Positions 47,488 through 56,131 of a DNA stretch of 64,000 nt are shown in pieces. The stretch lies in the IMG/VR virus record IMGVR_UViG_3300037423_001065, positions 1-64,000 of that record; one strand, written 5' to 3'. Position 1 is the stretch's first letter; every line of letters begins with the position of its first letter. The notes under the pieces are model-generated. The model ran no database searches. It was not told where the DNA came from and worked only from the letters and a program-made list of their open reading frames with translations. Both the position numbers and the translations under genes were made by a program. This DNA comes from a virus.

Positions 47488-47982
47488 GTGAAATTCTTCG
47501 ACCGCTTCAAGAAGGGCCCCGAGGGCCATCTCGTGCTGAACGTGTTCCGGCACGGAAAGCTGATCGACCAGATGGACGAGCGCGATCGCATCATCGTCCC
47601 GCCGACCCTCATCGAGCGATTCAAGGGCAAGAACCTGATCGTGGACAGCTCCAAGCTGATTCACGCCAAGCTCCTCGGCGGCGACGTGGCGAACCGCAGC
47701 GTCTCCAAGTTCGGCGTGGGCACCAACGGCGCGGCGCCCGCCGGCGGCAACACTGCGCTGACGGCCGCCTACACCAAGGCCGTCGACGCCGTGAGCTACC
47801 CGGCCGTCAACCAGGTCGCGTTCGACTTCTCGCTCGCGACCGGCGAGGCCAACGGCAAGGCCATCCTCGAGTTCGGCCTGTTCACCACGGGTGACGTGCT
47901 GTACGCGCGCAAGATTCGCGCGACCCCGCTGAACAAGGAAGCCGACATTTCGTTCGCCGGCACCTGGACCATCAGCTTCTAG
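47488..47982 (+). CDS. Tail fibre attachment/collar-like protein
   Basis: EANGKAILEFGLF and LYARK motifs; AGGAG SD. Confidence 0.7.
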   Translation: MKFFDRFKKGPEGHLVLNVFRHGKLIDQMDERDRIIVPPTLIERFKGKNLIVDSSKLIHAKLLGGDVANRSVSKFGVGTNGAAPAGGNTALTAAYTKAVDAVSYPAVNQVAFDFSLATGEANGKAILEFGLFTTGDVLYARKIRATPLNKEADISFAGTWTISF

Positions 47983-47993
47983 GAACCCCACTC

Positions 47994-50207
47994 ATGGCCT
48001 ACCAACCGGAATCCGCCGTCTACGATGCGGGCGTCATCCAGCTCGAGACGAATACGCCCGTGCAGGGCGGTGTGGGCGGCGCATCGAACGCGCCCCTCCT
48101 GAACCTGGCGAACCGCACCGCCTACCTCAAGGCCCACCTGGATGCCCTCGAGGTCGGCGCCGCTGGCCTGGCGCCGATCAACAGCCCGGCCTTCACCGGC
48201 AACGCGACCACGGTCGACGTGGCGATGGGCAACCGCTCGCAGAAGATCGCCAACACGAATTTCGTGCAGGACACCGTCAGCGGCATCGCCAACATCAACT
48301 GCGCCGGCAATTCGAACATCGTCCTCACGGCGGTGCAGGCCGGCGTCGGCATCCTGAACCTGACCGGCGCGCTCACCGGCAACATCGCCGTCATCGTGCC
48401 CGGCGCCATCCCCAAGTCGTGGATCGTCGTCAACGGCACGACCGGCTCGACGGGCGGCAACCCGTACACCGTCACCGTCAAGACCGCCGGCGGCGCCGGC
48501 GTCGCCGTGACCCAGGGCAAGAGCAGCCTGGTGTGGTCTGACACCGTCAACGTCTACGATTCGAAAACCGACTTCGCGGCGATCGACCTCAAGAACGCCA
48601 CGGCCAACACCCAGGCCCCGGGCGACGCCACGGCCAAGCTGGCGACCGACGCCTTCGTGCAGGCCGCCATCTCGGGCATCGCCACGGTCAACGTGGCCGG
48701 CAACACGAACGTCGCGCTCAACCAGTCGCAGTGGGGCGCCGGCATCATCGTGCTCACCGGCGCGCTGACGGGCAACATCGCCGTCACCGTGCCTGCGGCC
48801 GCCGATCGCTGGATCGTCTCGAACCAGACCAGCGGCAACTTCACGCTGACGTTCAAGACCACCGCCGGCGCCGGCATCGTGGTGCCGGCCGGCTCGTCGT
48901 ACGAGCTGTGGTGCGACACGGTCGACGTGAAGCCGATCACGGCGCCGACGGATGCCACCTACCCCGTGGTGCGCAAGCCTGTCATCCAGTCGCCGACGGC
49001 CGCGCAGGTGCTCGCGACGCAGTCGCCGCAGGTTCTCGGCAACAGCTACTTCTCGCTGTACGGCGTTCCGCAGCTCGCCGCGCAATTCCAGGTCTCGAGC
49101 TCGCCGACGTTCGTCGTCACGGACGTGGACGTGACTGTGGGTCCCCAGAACTACGCCCAGGTCCCCGCCGGCGCGCTGCTGTCGAACACGGTCTACTACA
49201 CGCGCTGCCGCTACCAGGACCTCGAGCAGTCCTGGTCGCCGTGGTCCGACACGGTGTCCTTCACCACGGGCAGCAACACGATCACGCAACCGGCGATCAC
49301 GGCGCCGGCGAACGGCGCGACGAACATCGGCGATGGCGTTACGCTGACGGCGAACGCGTTCGCGATGACCAGCGGCGTCGACACGCACGCGAGTTCCGAC
49401 TGGGAAATCTGGACCGGCGCCGGCGGCACCGGCTCCCTGGTGTACTCGTCGTACGCCGACTCGGTCAACAAGCTCTCCATCGCGGTGCCGGCCGGCACCT
49501 TCGCGGTCAGCACGGTGTACCACCCGCGCGTGCGCTACAACAGCAACGGCGGCGGCACCTCGGCCTGGTCGAACGACGTGCAGTTCACGACGGCGAACAG
49601 CTTCGGCACCGTCCTGGCGCCAGGCGGCGCGTACGGCGGAGGCTACTTCGCCGGCTACATCACGCTGAGCGGCCAGCGCTACGCGCTCATCGTTTCGGAC
49701 GTGTCCGGCTCCATTCGCAACGGCGACCTGGTCGGGAACAACGGCATCGCGACCTCGACCTCCGACGGCAAAGCCAACACCGCGGCCTACATCGCGGCCG
49801 GGCACTACAGCGGCGGCAACGACGCCGTCAACTTCGTCAAGAACTACCGCGGCGGCGGCTACAGCGACTGGTACCTGCCGTCGCTGTACGAGGCGGAAAT
49901 CCTGTATCGCAACCTCAAGCCGACCACGGACGCGAACAACACCGCGTTCGGCGCCAACGCCTTCGCATCGCCGGCGCCCACCGGCAACTACCTGGCGAAC
50001 AACCCAGCCCAGACGACGGCCGCCAACTTCCAGTACCCGGCGGGGGCCGACAACCTCTGGGACAACAACGACAGCATGGGGTGCCTCACCTACGTGGGTG
50101 GCGGCAACAACTCGGCGTACCTGATCAAGCGTCGCGACGGCACCCAGCAGACGCACGGCCCCGGCAACAACATGAACTACCGGGCCATCCGCCGCATTCC
50201 GGCCTAA
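47994..50207 (+). CDS. Tail fibre/receptor-binding protein with duplicated shaft module, Fn3-like domains and C-terminal DUF1566/C-type-lectin-like domain
   Basis: N-terminal LANRTAYLK; two GAGII.LTGALTGNIAV.VP repeats; GGYSDWYLPS..E and terminal YRAIRR. Confidence 0.8.
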   Translation: MAYQPESAVYDAGVIQLETNTPVQGGVGGASNAPLLNLANRTAYLKAHLDALEVGAAGLAPINSPAFTGNATTVDVAMGNRSQKIANTNFVQDTVSGIANINCAGNSNIVLTAVQAGVGILNLTGALTGNIAVIVPGAIPKSWIVVNGTTGSTGGNPYTVTVKTAGGAGVAVTQGKSSLVWSDTVNVYDSKTDFAAIDLKNATANTQAPGDATAKLATDAFVQAAISGIATVNVAGNTNVALNQSQWGAGIIVLTGALTGNIAVTVPAAADRWIVSNQTSGNFTLTFKTTAGAGIVVPAGSSYELWCDTVDVKPITAPTDATYPVVRKPVIQSPTAAQVLATQSPQVLGNSYFSLYGVPQLAAQFQVSSSPTFVVTDVDVTVGPQNYAQVPAGALLSNTVYYTRCRYQDLEQSWSPWSDTVSFTTGSNTITQPAITAPANGATNIGDGVTLTANAFAMTSGVDTHASSDWEIWTGAGGTGSLVYSSYADSVNKLSIAVPAGTFAVSTVYHPRVRYNSNGGGTSAWSNDVQFTTANSFGTVLAPGGAYGGGYFAGYITLSGQRYALIVSDVSGSIRNGDLVGNNGIATSTSDGKANTAAYIAAGHYSGGNDAVNFVKNYRGGGYSDWYLPSLYEAEILYRNLKPTTDANNTAFGANAFASPAPTGNYLANNPAQTTAANFQYPAGADNLWDNNDSMGCLTYVGGGNNSAYLIKRRDGTQQTHGPGNNMNYRAIRRIPA

Positions 50208-50225
50208 GCCTGACAACCTGACACG

Positions 50226-50251
50226 AAACCCGGCCGCGGCCGGGTTTTTTC
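50226..50251 (+). terminator. Rho-independent terminator after the tail fibre gene
   Basis: AAACCCGGC-CGCG-GCCGGGTTT followed by further Ts. Confidence 0.8.
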
Positions 50252-50253
50252 AT

Positions 50254-50269
50254 GTCGTGACCGAACAAT
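50254..50269 (+). promoter_or_regulatory. Putative late promoter motif for the lysis cassette
   Basis: GTCGTGACCGAACAAT, right after the terminator. Confidence 0.7.
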
Positions 50270-50298
50270 GCTGACACCGTCACGCGTCGGAGTCCTAC

Positions 50299-50619
50299 AT
50301 GAAGCACCTCGAATCCTGGTTGAAGCGCGTCAAGGTCTTTTCCGACCTCTCGGCGTGGTTCCTCATCGCGCCGGCGTTCGCCGCGCTGTGGTTCATGGAC
50401 CCGCCCACCGCGAAGGCCCTGCTCCAGTGGAGCCTGTTCGGCATCGTCATGGCCGGCGTGGCCGTCATGGTGAGCCGCCTGGTGTTCCCCGACCTGCACC
50501 TGAACGACTTCATCAAGCGCGCCTATAACGGTGGCATCGCCTCGGCGATCGTCTCGGCCGCGGTGATCCTGTTCGTCGGCCTGGTGTTCTTCGGCCTGGT
50601 GTACTGGGCGAAACCGTGA
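50299..50619 (+). CDS. Holin
   Basis: 106 aa with three hydrophobic segments, upstream of the endolysin. Confidence 0.75.
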   Translation: MKHLESWLKRVKVFSDLSAWFLIAPAFAALWFMDPPTAKALLQWSLFGIVMAGVAVMVSRLVFPDLHLNDFIKRAYNGGIASAIVSAAVILFVGLVFFGLVYWAKP

Positions 50620-51317
50620 CGCGAGTCGTCGCGCTGCTGCTCGCGCTCGCCAGCCTGGCCGCCTTCGGCCAGGTCGTTCCGCCGCGCGCGCTCGAGCTCA
50701 TGCCGACGATCATCAACACGCAGCGCTCGGTGTGGCCGGACGCGCCCATGCCGTCGTTCCTGCCGGCGCAAATCGAGCAAGAGACGTGCCCCTCGCTCAA
50801 GAGCCCGAAGTGCTTCAACCCGCGCGCCGAGCTCAAGACCTCGCGCGAGTACGGCTTCGGCCTGGGCCAGACGACGATCGCGTATCGCCAGGACGGCAGC
50901 GTGCGCTTCAACAAGTGGGCCGAGCTGCGCACGCGATACCCGAGCCTGCGAGGCTGGACCTGGGAGGACCGCTACAACCCCGGATTCCAGCTCGCCGCGC
51001 TCATGGAAATGGACAAGGCGAGCTACCGGCTCTACCCCTTCGCTGCGACGCCGCGTGACCGCCTGGCGTTCACCCTGGGCGGCTACAACGGCGGCGATCG
51101 CGGCAACATGCAGGACCGTCTCCTGTGCCAGAGCACACCTGGCTGCGACTCCAATCGCTGGTTCGACAACGTCGAGCGCTACAGCCTCAAGTCAAAGATC
51201 GCGAACCCCGGCTATGGCAAGTCGGCGTTCGAAATCAATCGTGAGTACCCGAGGAATGTTCTGGGAATCCGGCGTCCGAAGTACGACCCTTTTTTCCGGA
51301 CAGAAGGACCTCAGTGA
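50616..51317 (+). CDS. Endolysin, lytic transglycosylase type, with N-terminal signal-like sequence
   Basis: QIEQE, GLGQ and YNGG motifs; hydrophobic N-terminus. Confidence 0.8.
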   Translation: MTRVVALLLALASLAAFGQVVPPRALELMPTIINTQRSVWPDAPMPSFLPAQIEQETCPSLKSPKCFNPRAELKTSREYGFGLGQTTIAYRQDGSVRFNKWAELRTRYPSLRGWTWEDRYNPGFQLAALMEMDKASYRLYPFAATPRDRLAFTLGGYNGGDRGNMQDRLLCQSTPGCDSNRWFDNVERYSLKSKIANPGYGKSAFEINREYPRNVLGIRRPKYDPFFRTEGPQ

Positions 51318-51318
51318 A

Positions 51319-51618
51319 ATGGACCAACCCATCAGCCCCTGGGTGCTCATCGGCTTCAACGTACTGCTCGGCGTAGCATCGTTTTTCGGGGCGATGTGGC
51401 TGCGCAAGATGGAGAGCGACATGAACGACTTGCGGAAGGCGCACACCGATTCACTCGCGCAGCAGAACCAGCGCGAGGTCCAGCTCCTGGAGAAGCTACA
51501 GAACTACGTCGCGAAGGACGACTTTCGCGAGTTTCGCGACGAGAACCGGCGCAACTTCGAGGCGGTGTTCAACCGCATCGACGCGCTGGCCGATCGGCTA
51601 CCCGTCAAGAGCACCTGA
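51319..51618 (+). CDS. Membrane-anchored coiled-coil protein of the lysis cassette
   Basis: One N-terminal TM segment, then a coiled coil with YVAKDDF. Confidence 0.65.
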   Translation: MDQPISPWVLIGFNVLLGVASFFGAMWLRKMESDMNDLRKAHTDSLAQQNQREVQLLEKLQNYVAKDDFREFRDENRRNFEAVFNRIDALADRLPVKST

Positions 51619-51620
51619 TC

Positions 51621-51986
51621 ATGCTCCCCATCCCCGGAACCTTCACTCTCCAGGCGACGCTAATCGCCGGCGCCGTCGCTCTCGTGGTCGGCCTGGCGGG
51701 CGGCGGCTATGCCATGCACGCCTGGTACGCGCCCCAGCTCGAGGCCGAGAAGTCGAAGGTCCAGAGCCTGGGCGAGAAGATCAAGGACCAGAACGACGCG
51801 ATCGCCGCGCTGCAGGACGCCGACAAGAAGCGCGCCGCCGATGCGGCCGCGAAGATCAAGGCGGCGCGCAACGCCCAGGCCGCGGCCGAGGCCGACGCGC
51901 AGAACCTTCTGATGGCGCAACCGCTCGCCGGCGAGGACCGCTGCACGGCCGCCAGCCGCTTGATCCGCGAGGAGCTGCCCAAATGA
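51621..51986 (+). CDS. i-spanin (Rz-like)
   Basis: N-terminal TM segment and Ala-rich coiled coil. Confidence 0.75.
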   Translation: MLPIPGTFTLQATLIAGAVALVVGLAGGGYAMHAWYAPQLEAEKSKVQSLGEKIKDQNDAIAALQDADKKRAADAAAKIKAARNAQAAAEADAQNLLMAQPLAGEDRCTAASRLIREELPK

Positions 51987-52246
51987 TGCGTGCGCTGTCG
52001 ATCGCCTGCCTGGCGGCCTTCCTGGCCGCCTGCAACACCCTGCCGCGCGAGGTGAAAGTCCCCGTGACGGTCTACTGCAAGGTCGAGAAGCCGGCCGAGC
52101 CCGCCTGGGCGACGAAATCGCTCAAGCCGGACGCCGACATATTCGACCAGGTCAAGGCCCTGCTGGCCGAGCGCAAGCAGCGCATCGGGTACGAGCGCCT
52201 GCTCGAGGCCGCGGTCGACGGGTGCCAGCCGCCGGCCGGCCGCTAG
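51983..52246 (+). CDS. o-spanin (Rz1-like lipoprotein)
   Basis: Lipobox LAAC and Pro-containing mature part. Confidence 0.8.
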   Translation: MMRALSIACLAAFLAACNTLPREVKVPVTVYCKVEKPAEPAWATKSLKPDADIFDQVKALLAERKQRIGYERLLEAAVDGCQPPAGR

Positions 52247-52392
52247 GCGAAAATCCGCTGCGCCTTGTCGGCGAGCTCTTGCTGGCGCAGCATGATGCGC
52301 GGCACGTCCGGGTGTAGCGGGTCGATTTCCGACATGGCCCAGCGGTAGAACGCCTGGGCGACCATGACGTGGATGAGGCTGAGAATCTTCAC
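52243..52392 (-). CDS. Small 49-aa protein absent from the ORF track
   Basis: GTG 52392 to TAG 52243 (VKILSLIHVMVAQAFYRWAMSEIDPLHPDVPRIMLRQQELADKAQRIFA); preceded at 6 nt by the promoter motif. Confidence 0.6.
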   Translation of the reverse strand: MKILSLIHVMVAQAFYRWAMSEIDPLHPDVPRIMLRQQELADKAQRIFA

Positions 52393-52398
52393 GTTACA

Positions 52399-52414
52399 AC
52401 CTTAGCGTCACGAG
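52399..52414 (-). promoter_or_regulatory. Putative late promoter motif (leaderless start), minus strand
   Basis: CTCGTGACGCTAAGGT on the minus strand, overlapping the upstream TGA. Confidence 0.55.
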
Positions 52415-53046
52415 CCGACCAGGTCCATCTGGCCGTCCGTGGCGCCCCTATCCGCCTTCCGGCGCTTCGCCGGCTTCGGCTCGAGCTTGTGCTCGATCGA
52501 CAGGATGGTTCGGTCTGGCGCGCCCTCCAGGCGCTGACGCCAGGTGTCCTCGAACACCGGCTTGAAGCGCTCGGACAGGGCGGCGTACGTGAGCGGGCGC
52601 AGACTTCGCAGCAGGTCCGGATTGGTCACGAACAGCCGGAACATCTCAGCGAACCACTCGGCGTCATCGGGGCAGTAGGACGTGAGCGGGTCCTCGCCGA
52701 CGCGCTTGCGCATCTCGATGCTGAAATCGCTGTAGTACGGCCCGCGGCGCGCGATCGCGTTCACCAGGTCGGCGTGGTGCCCCAGCTCGTGCGCCAGGAC
52801 GCCGTAGGGCGTGCGATCGACCGAGTGCCCGGGGAACGACCACTGCATGCCGGCGAAGCCGATCGAGGCGCACGCCTGCACGTTGATCGTGATGAGGCCG
52901 CGGCGGTAGTAGGCGCAGACGCCGAAGGGCCAGCCCTTCGGGTCAGCTTCCTCGACGGCCGGCAGCTCGAGCCCGTTCGCGGCGCAGAACCTGGCGATCA
53001 GGTCCTTGCCGCGCGCGAGCATCGACGGCTTGGTCTCGTACGTCAC
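52408..53046 (-). CDS. Zincin-like metallopeptidase
   Basis: LAHELGHH and downstream EWFAE motifs; GTG start overlaps the thyX stop. Confidence 0.7.
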   Translation of the reverse strand: MTYETKPSMLARGKDLIARFCAANGLELPAVEEADPKGWPFGVCAYYRRGLITINVQACASIGFAGMQWSFPGHSVDRTPYGVLAHELGHHADLVNAIARRGPYYSDFSIEMRKRVGEDPLTSYCPDDAEWFAEMFRLFVTNPDLLRSLRPLTYAALSERFKPVFEDTWRQRLEGAPDRTILSIEHKLEPKPAKRRKADRGATDGQMDLVGS

Positions 53047-53693
53047 AGCGTCAGAACCTCGGCCAGCGCCGGGAACTGCTCGAGCAGGATGCGCTTGGCA
53101 TCGAGCGCGATCGCGCGGTGCTCCTTCTGCGTTCCCTGTTCGGTGCGCAGCTCGACGTAGTGAATCCACGATCGGATCGTGCCGGCCATGTAGAGCACGC
53201 TCTCCGTCGTGCCCTCGGGCAGCACGGCGCGCGCGACCTCCTTCGCGATGCCCTTCGCGAGCGCCGCCTGGTAGACCTCCGCGGCGCGCTTGGCGTGTAG
53301 CGCCTGCATCGACGCCCACCAGCCCTGCAACTCCATGTCGTCGGTCTCGTTGCTGGCCTGGCGGTTCTTGGCGTCCTGCAGCCGGGCCTCGCGCAGCACG
53401 GGCGGCGCCACGACGGCCGCGTAGCGCTGGCTGAACTCCTGGAAGCTGAAACTGCGATGCCGCAGGATTTGCCGGGCAATGTCGCGCGTCGTCGTGATTT
53501 CGAGCGTCATGCTCGCCATCTCGAAGGGGGACCAATGCGCGTTGCCGGCCAGGTAGCGAAGCAGGCGCGTCGACGTGGCGGTGTTGGCCTGGTTCGCCGG
53601 GTTGCTCACGCGCGCGCAGTACGCGATGAGGTCGCCGGCCTCCTGGCAATCAGGGATGACCGGCTTGCTGATGGCGATGAGGCGGGCCGTCAT
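53043..53693 (-). CDS. thyX: Flavin-dependent thymidylate synthase
   Basis: HWSPFE and RHRSFSFQEFSQRY signature; start ATG 53693. Confidence 0.93.
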   Translation of the reverse strand: MTARLIAISKPVIPDCQEAGDLIAYCARVSNPANQANTATSTRLLRYLAGNAHWSPFEMASMTLEITTTRDIARQILRHRSFSFQEFSQRYAAVVAPPVLREARLQDAKNRQASNETDDMELQGWWASMQALHAKRAAEVYQAALAKGIAKEVARAVLPEGTTESVLYMAGTIRSWIHYVELRTEQGTQKEHRAIALDAKRILLEQFPALAEVLTL

Positions 53694-54265
53694 GCTGCAC
53701 CCGCGGTCTGCGTCTGGGGGAGCTCGTGCGACAGCAGCGGGAACATCGGCTCCCGGTAGCTGGCCGACTTCAAGAACTTGCCCTTGGGCGCGTCCGGCTG
53801 GTCGCTGGCCGACTTCATGATCATGGTCGGGTAGTCGCCCTCGAAATACACGTCCGTGACGCCGGCGGCCGCGTGTTTGGCGATCGTCGCCTCCTTGTCG
53901 GCCGGGTCCTTGATGAACCTGGTCATCACGCCGTCGATGACCGCGCGCATGTCCGCATCGGCGTCGATGCCCATGAGGTGGTGCGCGCCGTAGCTGAACA
54001 CGTTTATGTCGCACAGCGAGTCGCGGACCTGGTGCAGGTCCGGCGCGTTGGGCATCTGGGCGACGGCCGCCTTCAACGCGGCGACGGCGGCCTTCGTGGC
54101 GGCCGGATCGGCGCCCAGAGCGATGAACAGCTCGCCGACCTCGTCGGGGATGTTCATGCACTGCTTGCCGATGCGTGCCCAGTTGATGCTGCTCGAGAAG
54201 CCCTTGGGGTTCCCGAACGCGTTGTTCATGTAGCTCACGAGCATGAAGTTAGTCGGTCCGTTCAT
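53690..54265 (-). CDS. MazG-like nucleotide pyrophosphohydrolase
   Basis: DEVGEL...RDSLCDINVFSYG pattern; next to thyX. Confidence 0.7.
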   Translation of the reverse strand: MNGPTNFMLVSYMNNAFGNPKGFSSSINWARIGKQCMNIPDEVGELFIALGADPAATKAAVAALKAAVAQMPNAPDLHQVRDSLCDINVFSYGAHHLMGIDADADMRAVIDGVMTRFIKDPADKEATIAKHAAAGVTDVYFEGDYPTMIMKSASDQPDAPKGKFLKSASYREPMFPLLSHELPQTQTAGAA

Positions 54266-54614
54266 CGTCCTCTTTCGTTGGTGGCCTTCCGGCCGGGGTG
54301 GAAATTCGGGCCTGGTGCAGGCGCTTCGCGTCCTCCAGGATTCGGTCGGCCGCCTCGAGTCCGCGGGCCTTGTAGATCGACGCCGGCACCGCGCTCGAGC
54401 GCCGGTTCTGGAACTCCTCCACGATCACGTCGCGGCCGGTCTTGCTGTCGTACGTCACGAGCTGCGATCGGTCCGGCACGCCGTAGAGGTACAGGTGCTT
54501 CGCCGCTCGGTTCGGCTTGTTGGCGAGCAACCAGGCGCACTCGCACTCGTGGCGCCAGGCTTCCGAGCTGGTGTCGACGGGCTCGCCGGTGAGCTCGCTG
54601 ATGACGGTCGGCAT
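54249..54614 (-). CDS. Hypothetical protein (121 aa)
   Basis: TSSEAWRHECE motif; tight packing with neighbours. Confidence 0.65.
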   Translation of the reverse strand: MPTVISELTGEPVDTSSEAWRHECECAWLLANKPNRAAKHLYLYGVPDRSQLVTYDSKTGRDVIVEEFQNRRSSAVPASIYKARGLEAADRILEDAKRLHQARISTPAGRPPTKEDDERTD

Positions 54615-55010
54615 TCAATGCGCCGCCATCCGCTGGTGGGTCGTGGGCGGCTTCTTCGGTACCGGCCAGAGCCGGCCGTCGCGGCGTCGCCAGTCGCGCG
54701 ACATGCCGATCGCGAGCTTCTTCACGTCGAACCCGTAATGGCCCTCGCTGGCGTGCTCGTGAATGTCCTCCTCGACCATGCCGTAGATGTACCCGCCGCA
54801 CTCGCCGGCCAGCCACGACTTGACGACCTCGCAATGCGCGCAGGTCTTGTACTGGCAGAACCGGCCGTCGAACACGCCGCTTTCGTAGCTGTACTTCTCG
54901 CCCGGCAGGATGGCCCGCCGGCACTCGTGGCACCGATGCTCCTTGCGCGCGGTGCGCATCTCGTCGGTGAGCAGGTTTACGCGCTCGTCGGCGCCGTCGA
55001 TCATGCACAT
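54615..55010 (-). CDS. Hypothetical Zn-finger protein
   Basis: ARKEHRCHEC...CAHC. Confidence 0.7.
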   Translation of the reverse strand: MCMIDGADERVNLLTDEMRTARKEHRCHECRRAILPGEKYSYESGVFDGRFCQYKTCAHCEVVKSWLAGECGGYIYGMVEEDIHEHASEGHYGFDVKKLAIGMSRDWRRRDGRLWPVPKKPPTTHQRMAAH

Positions 55011-55012
55011 GG

Positions 55013-56119
55013 TCAGGTCTTGACGATGGTCACGCGCTCGGCCGCGCGCGTGAGGGCGGTATAGAGCCAGCGCGCGGCGTTCTCGCGGAACACGGCCGAC
55101 TCATCGAAAACGAAAACATAGTCCCACTGCGAGCCCTGGGCCTTGTGCCCGGTGAGCGCCCAACCGAACGTGAACTGGTCGGCGTGCTTCTTCTCGAACC
55201 ACTCGAGGTCGGCCTCGGTGCCGCGGAAAAACTCGATCGGCGTCTCCACGTCGACCGGCAGGAACACCTTCGGGTCGTCCAGGGACTTGACCGTCATCTT
55301 CACGCGCTTGGGGTTGCCGTCCTCCTTGAATCGCAGCGGCTCCCAAAGCGACCCGTTGAGCAGGCCCTTCGTACGGTTGTTCTTCAAGCACACCAGGCGA
55401 TCGCCGAACACCGGCCGCTCGCCCTCGTACCCTTTGAGCTGGCGGATGCGAGCATTGAACGCCTGGCGCGTGCGATTGCGGCCGACGAGCACCTGGTCGG
55501 CCGCCAGGACCTCCTCGCGCTCGAGCTGGTCGCGCGTGATCACCTTGCTGTCGCCCCAGGTGCCGAGCTCGAGCGCGCGGCCCTCGCGCACGTCCATGGA
55601 CATGCGGATGATCGGGCTCTCGGCCGCCTGGCGGTGAATCTCGGTGAGCATCACGTCCGGCTCGCAGTCGGTGAAGTAGCCGGCCCCGTCGATCGGGGGG
55701 AGCTGCGCGGGGTCGCCCAGCACCAGGATGCGCGTGCCGTAGCTCACCAGGTCCTTGCCCAGCTCCTCGCCGACCATGCCGACCTCGTCCACGATGACCA
55801 GGCGGGCATACGCCACGTCGCTGTCCGGGTTGAGTTTGAAGATTGTCTCGCCGGTGATAATGTCCTCGTCGGGCTTGTAGATCGCGCTGTGAATCGTGCT
55901 CGAGGGCGAGCATCCCTTGCGACTGAGCACAAGGGCGGCCTTGCCCGTGAAGCACATAAACAGGACCCGGCCGTCAACGTCTGCCGCGATCTGCTTCGCC
56001 AGCGTCGTCTTGCCGGTACCGGCGAAGCCGAACACGCGGAAGATTTGCGGGCCGTGAGGGTCCGCAAGCCAACGCTTTATGGCGAGCAGGGCGCGGTCCT
56101 GCTGTGGAGACCACTGCAT
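55013..56119 (-). CDS. RecD/Dda-like SF1 helicase
   Basis: GFAGTGKT, VDEVGM, GDPAQLPP, HKAQGSQW and YTALTRA motifs. Confidence 0.88.
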   Translation of the reverse strand: MQWSPQQDRALLAIKRWLADPHGPQIFRVFGFAGTGKTTLAKQIAADVDGRVLFMCFTGKAALVLSRKGCSPSSTIHSAIYKPDEDIITGETIFKLNPDSDVAYARLVIVDEVGMVGEELGKDLVSYGTRILVLGDPAQLPPIDGAGYFTDCEPDVMLTEIHRQAAESPIIRMSMDVREGRALELGTWGDSKVITRDQLEREEVLAADQVLVGRNRTRQAFNARIRQLKGYEGERPVFGDRLVCLKNNRTKGLLNGSLWEPLRFKEDGNPKRVKMTVKSLDDPKVFLPVDVETPIEFFRGTEADLEWFEKKHADQFTFGWALTGHKAQGSQWDYVFVFDESAVFRENAARWLYTALTRAAERVTIVKT

Positions 56120-56131
56120 CCGCGCCCCTGG

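Noticed and set aside
31416-50207. Extracellular contractile injection system, tailocin or T6SS
   Set aside because: Capsid, protease, neck and replication genes are present, so this is a phage.
146-50216. Long minus-strand ORFs such as 6546-10652, 13895-17671, 22951-26232, 33891-36959 and 47979-50216
   Set aside because: Antisense shadows of real plus-strand genes in high-GC DNA; Arg/Ala/Gly-rich with no motifs.
49600-50300. Complete diversity-generating retroelement
   Set aside because: No reverse transcriptase or template repeat in the window; kept only as a low-interest possibility.
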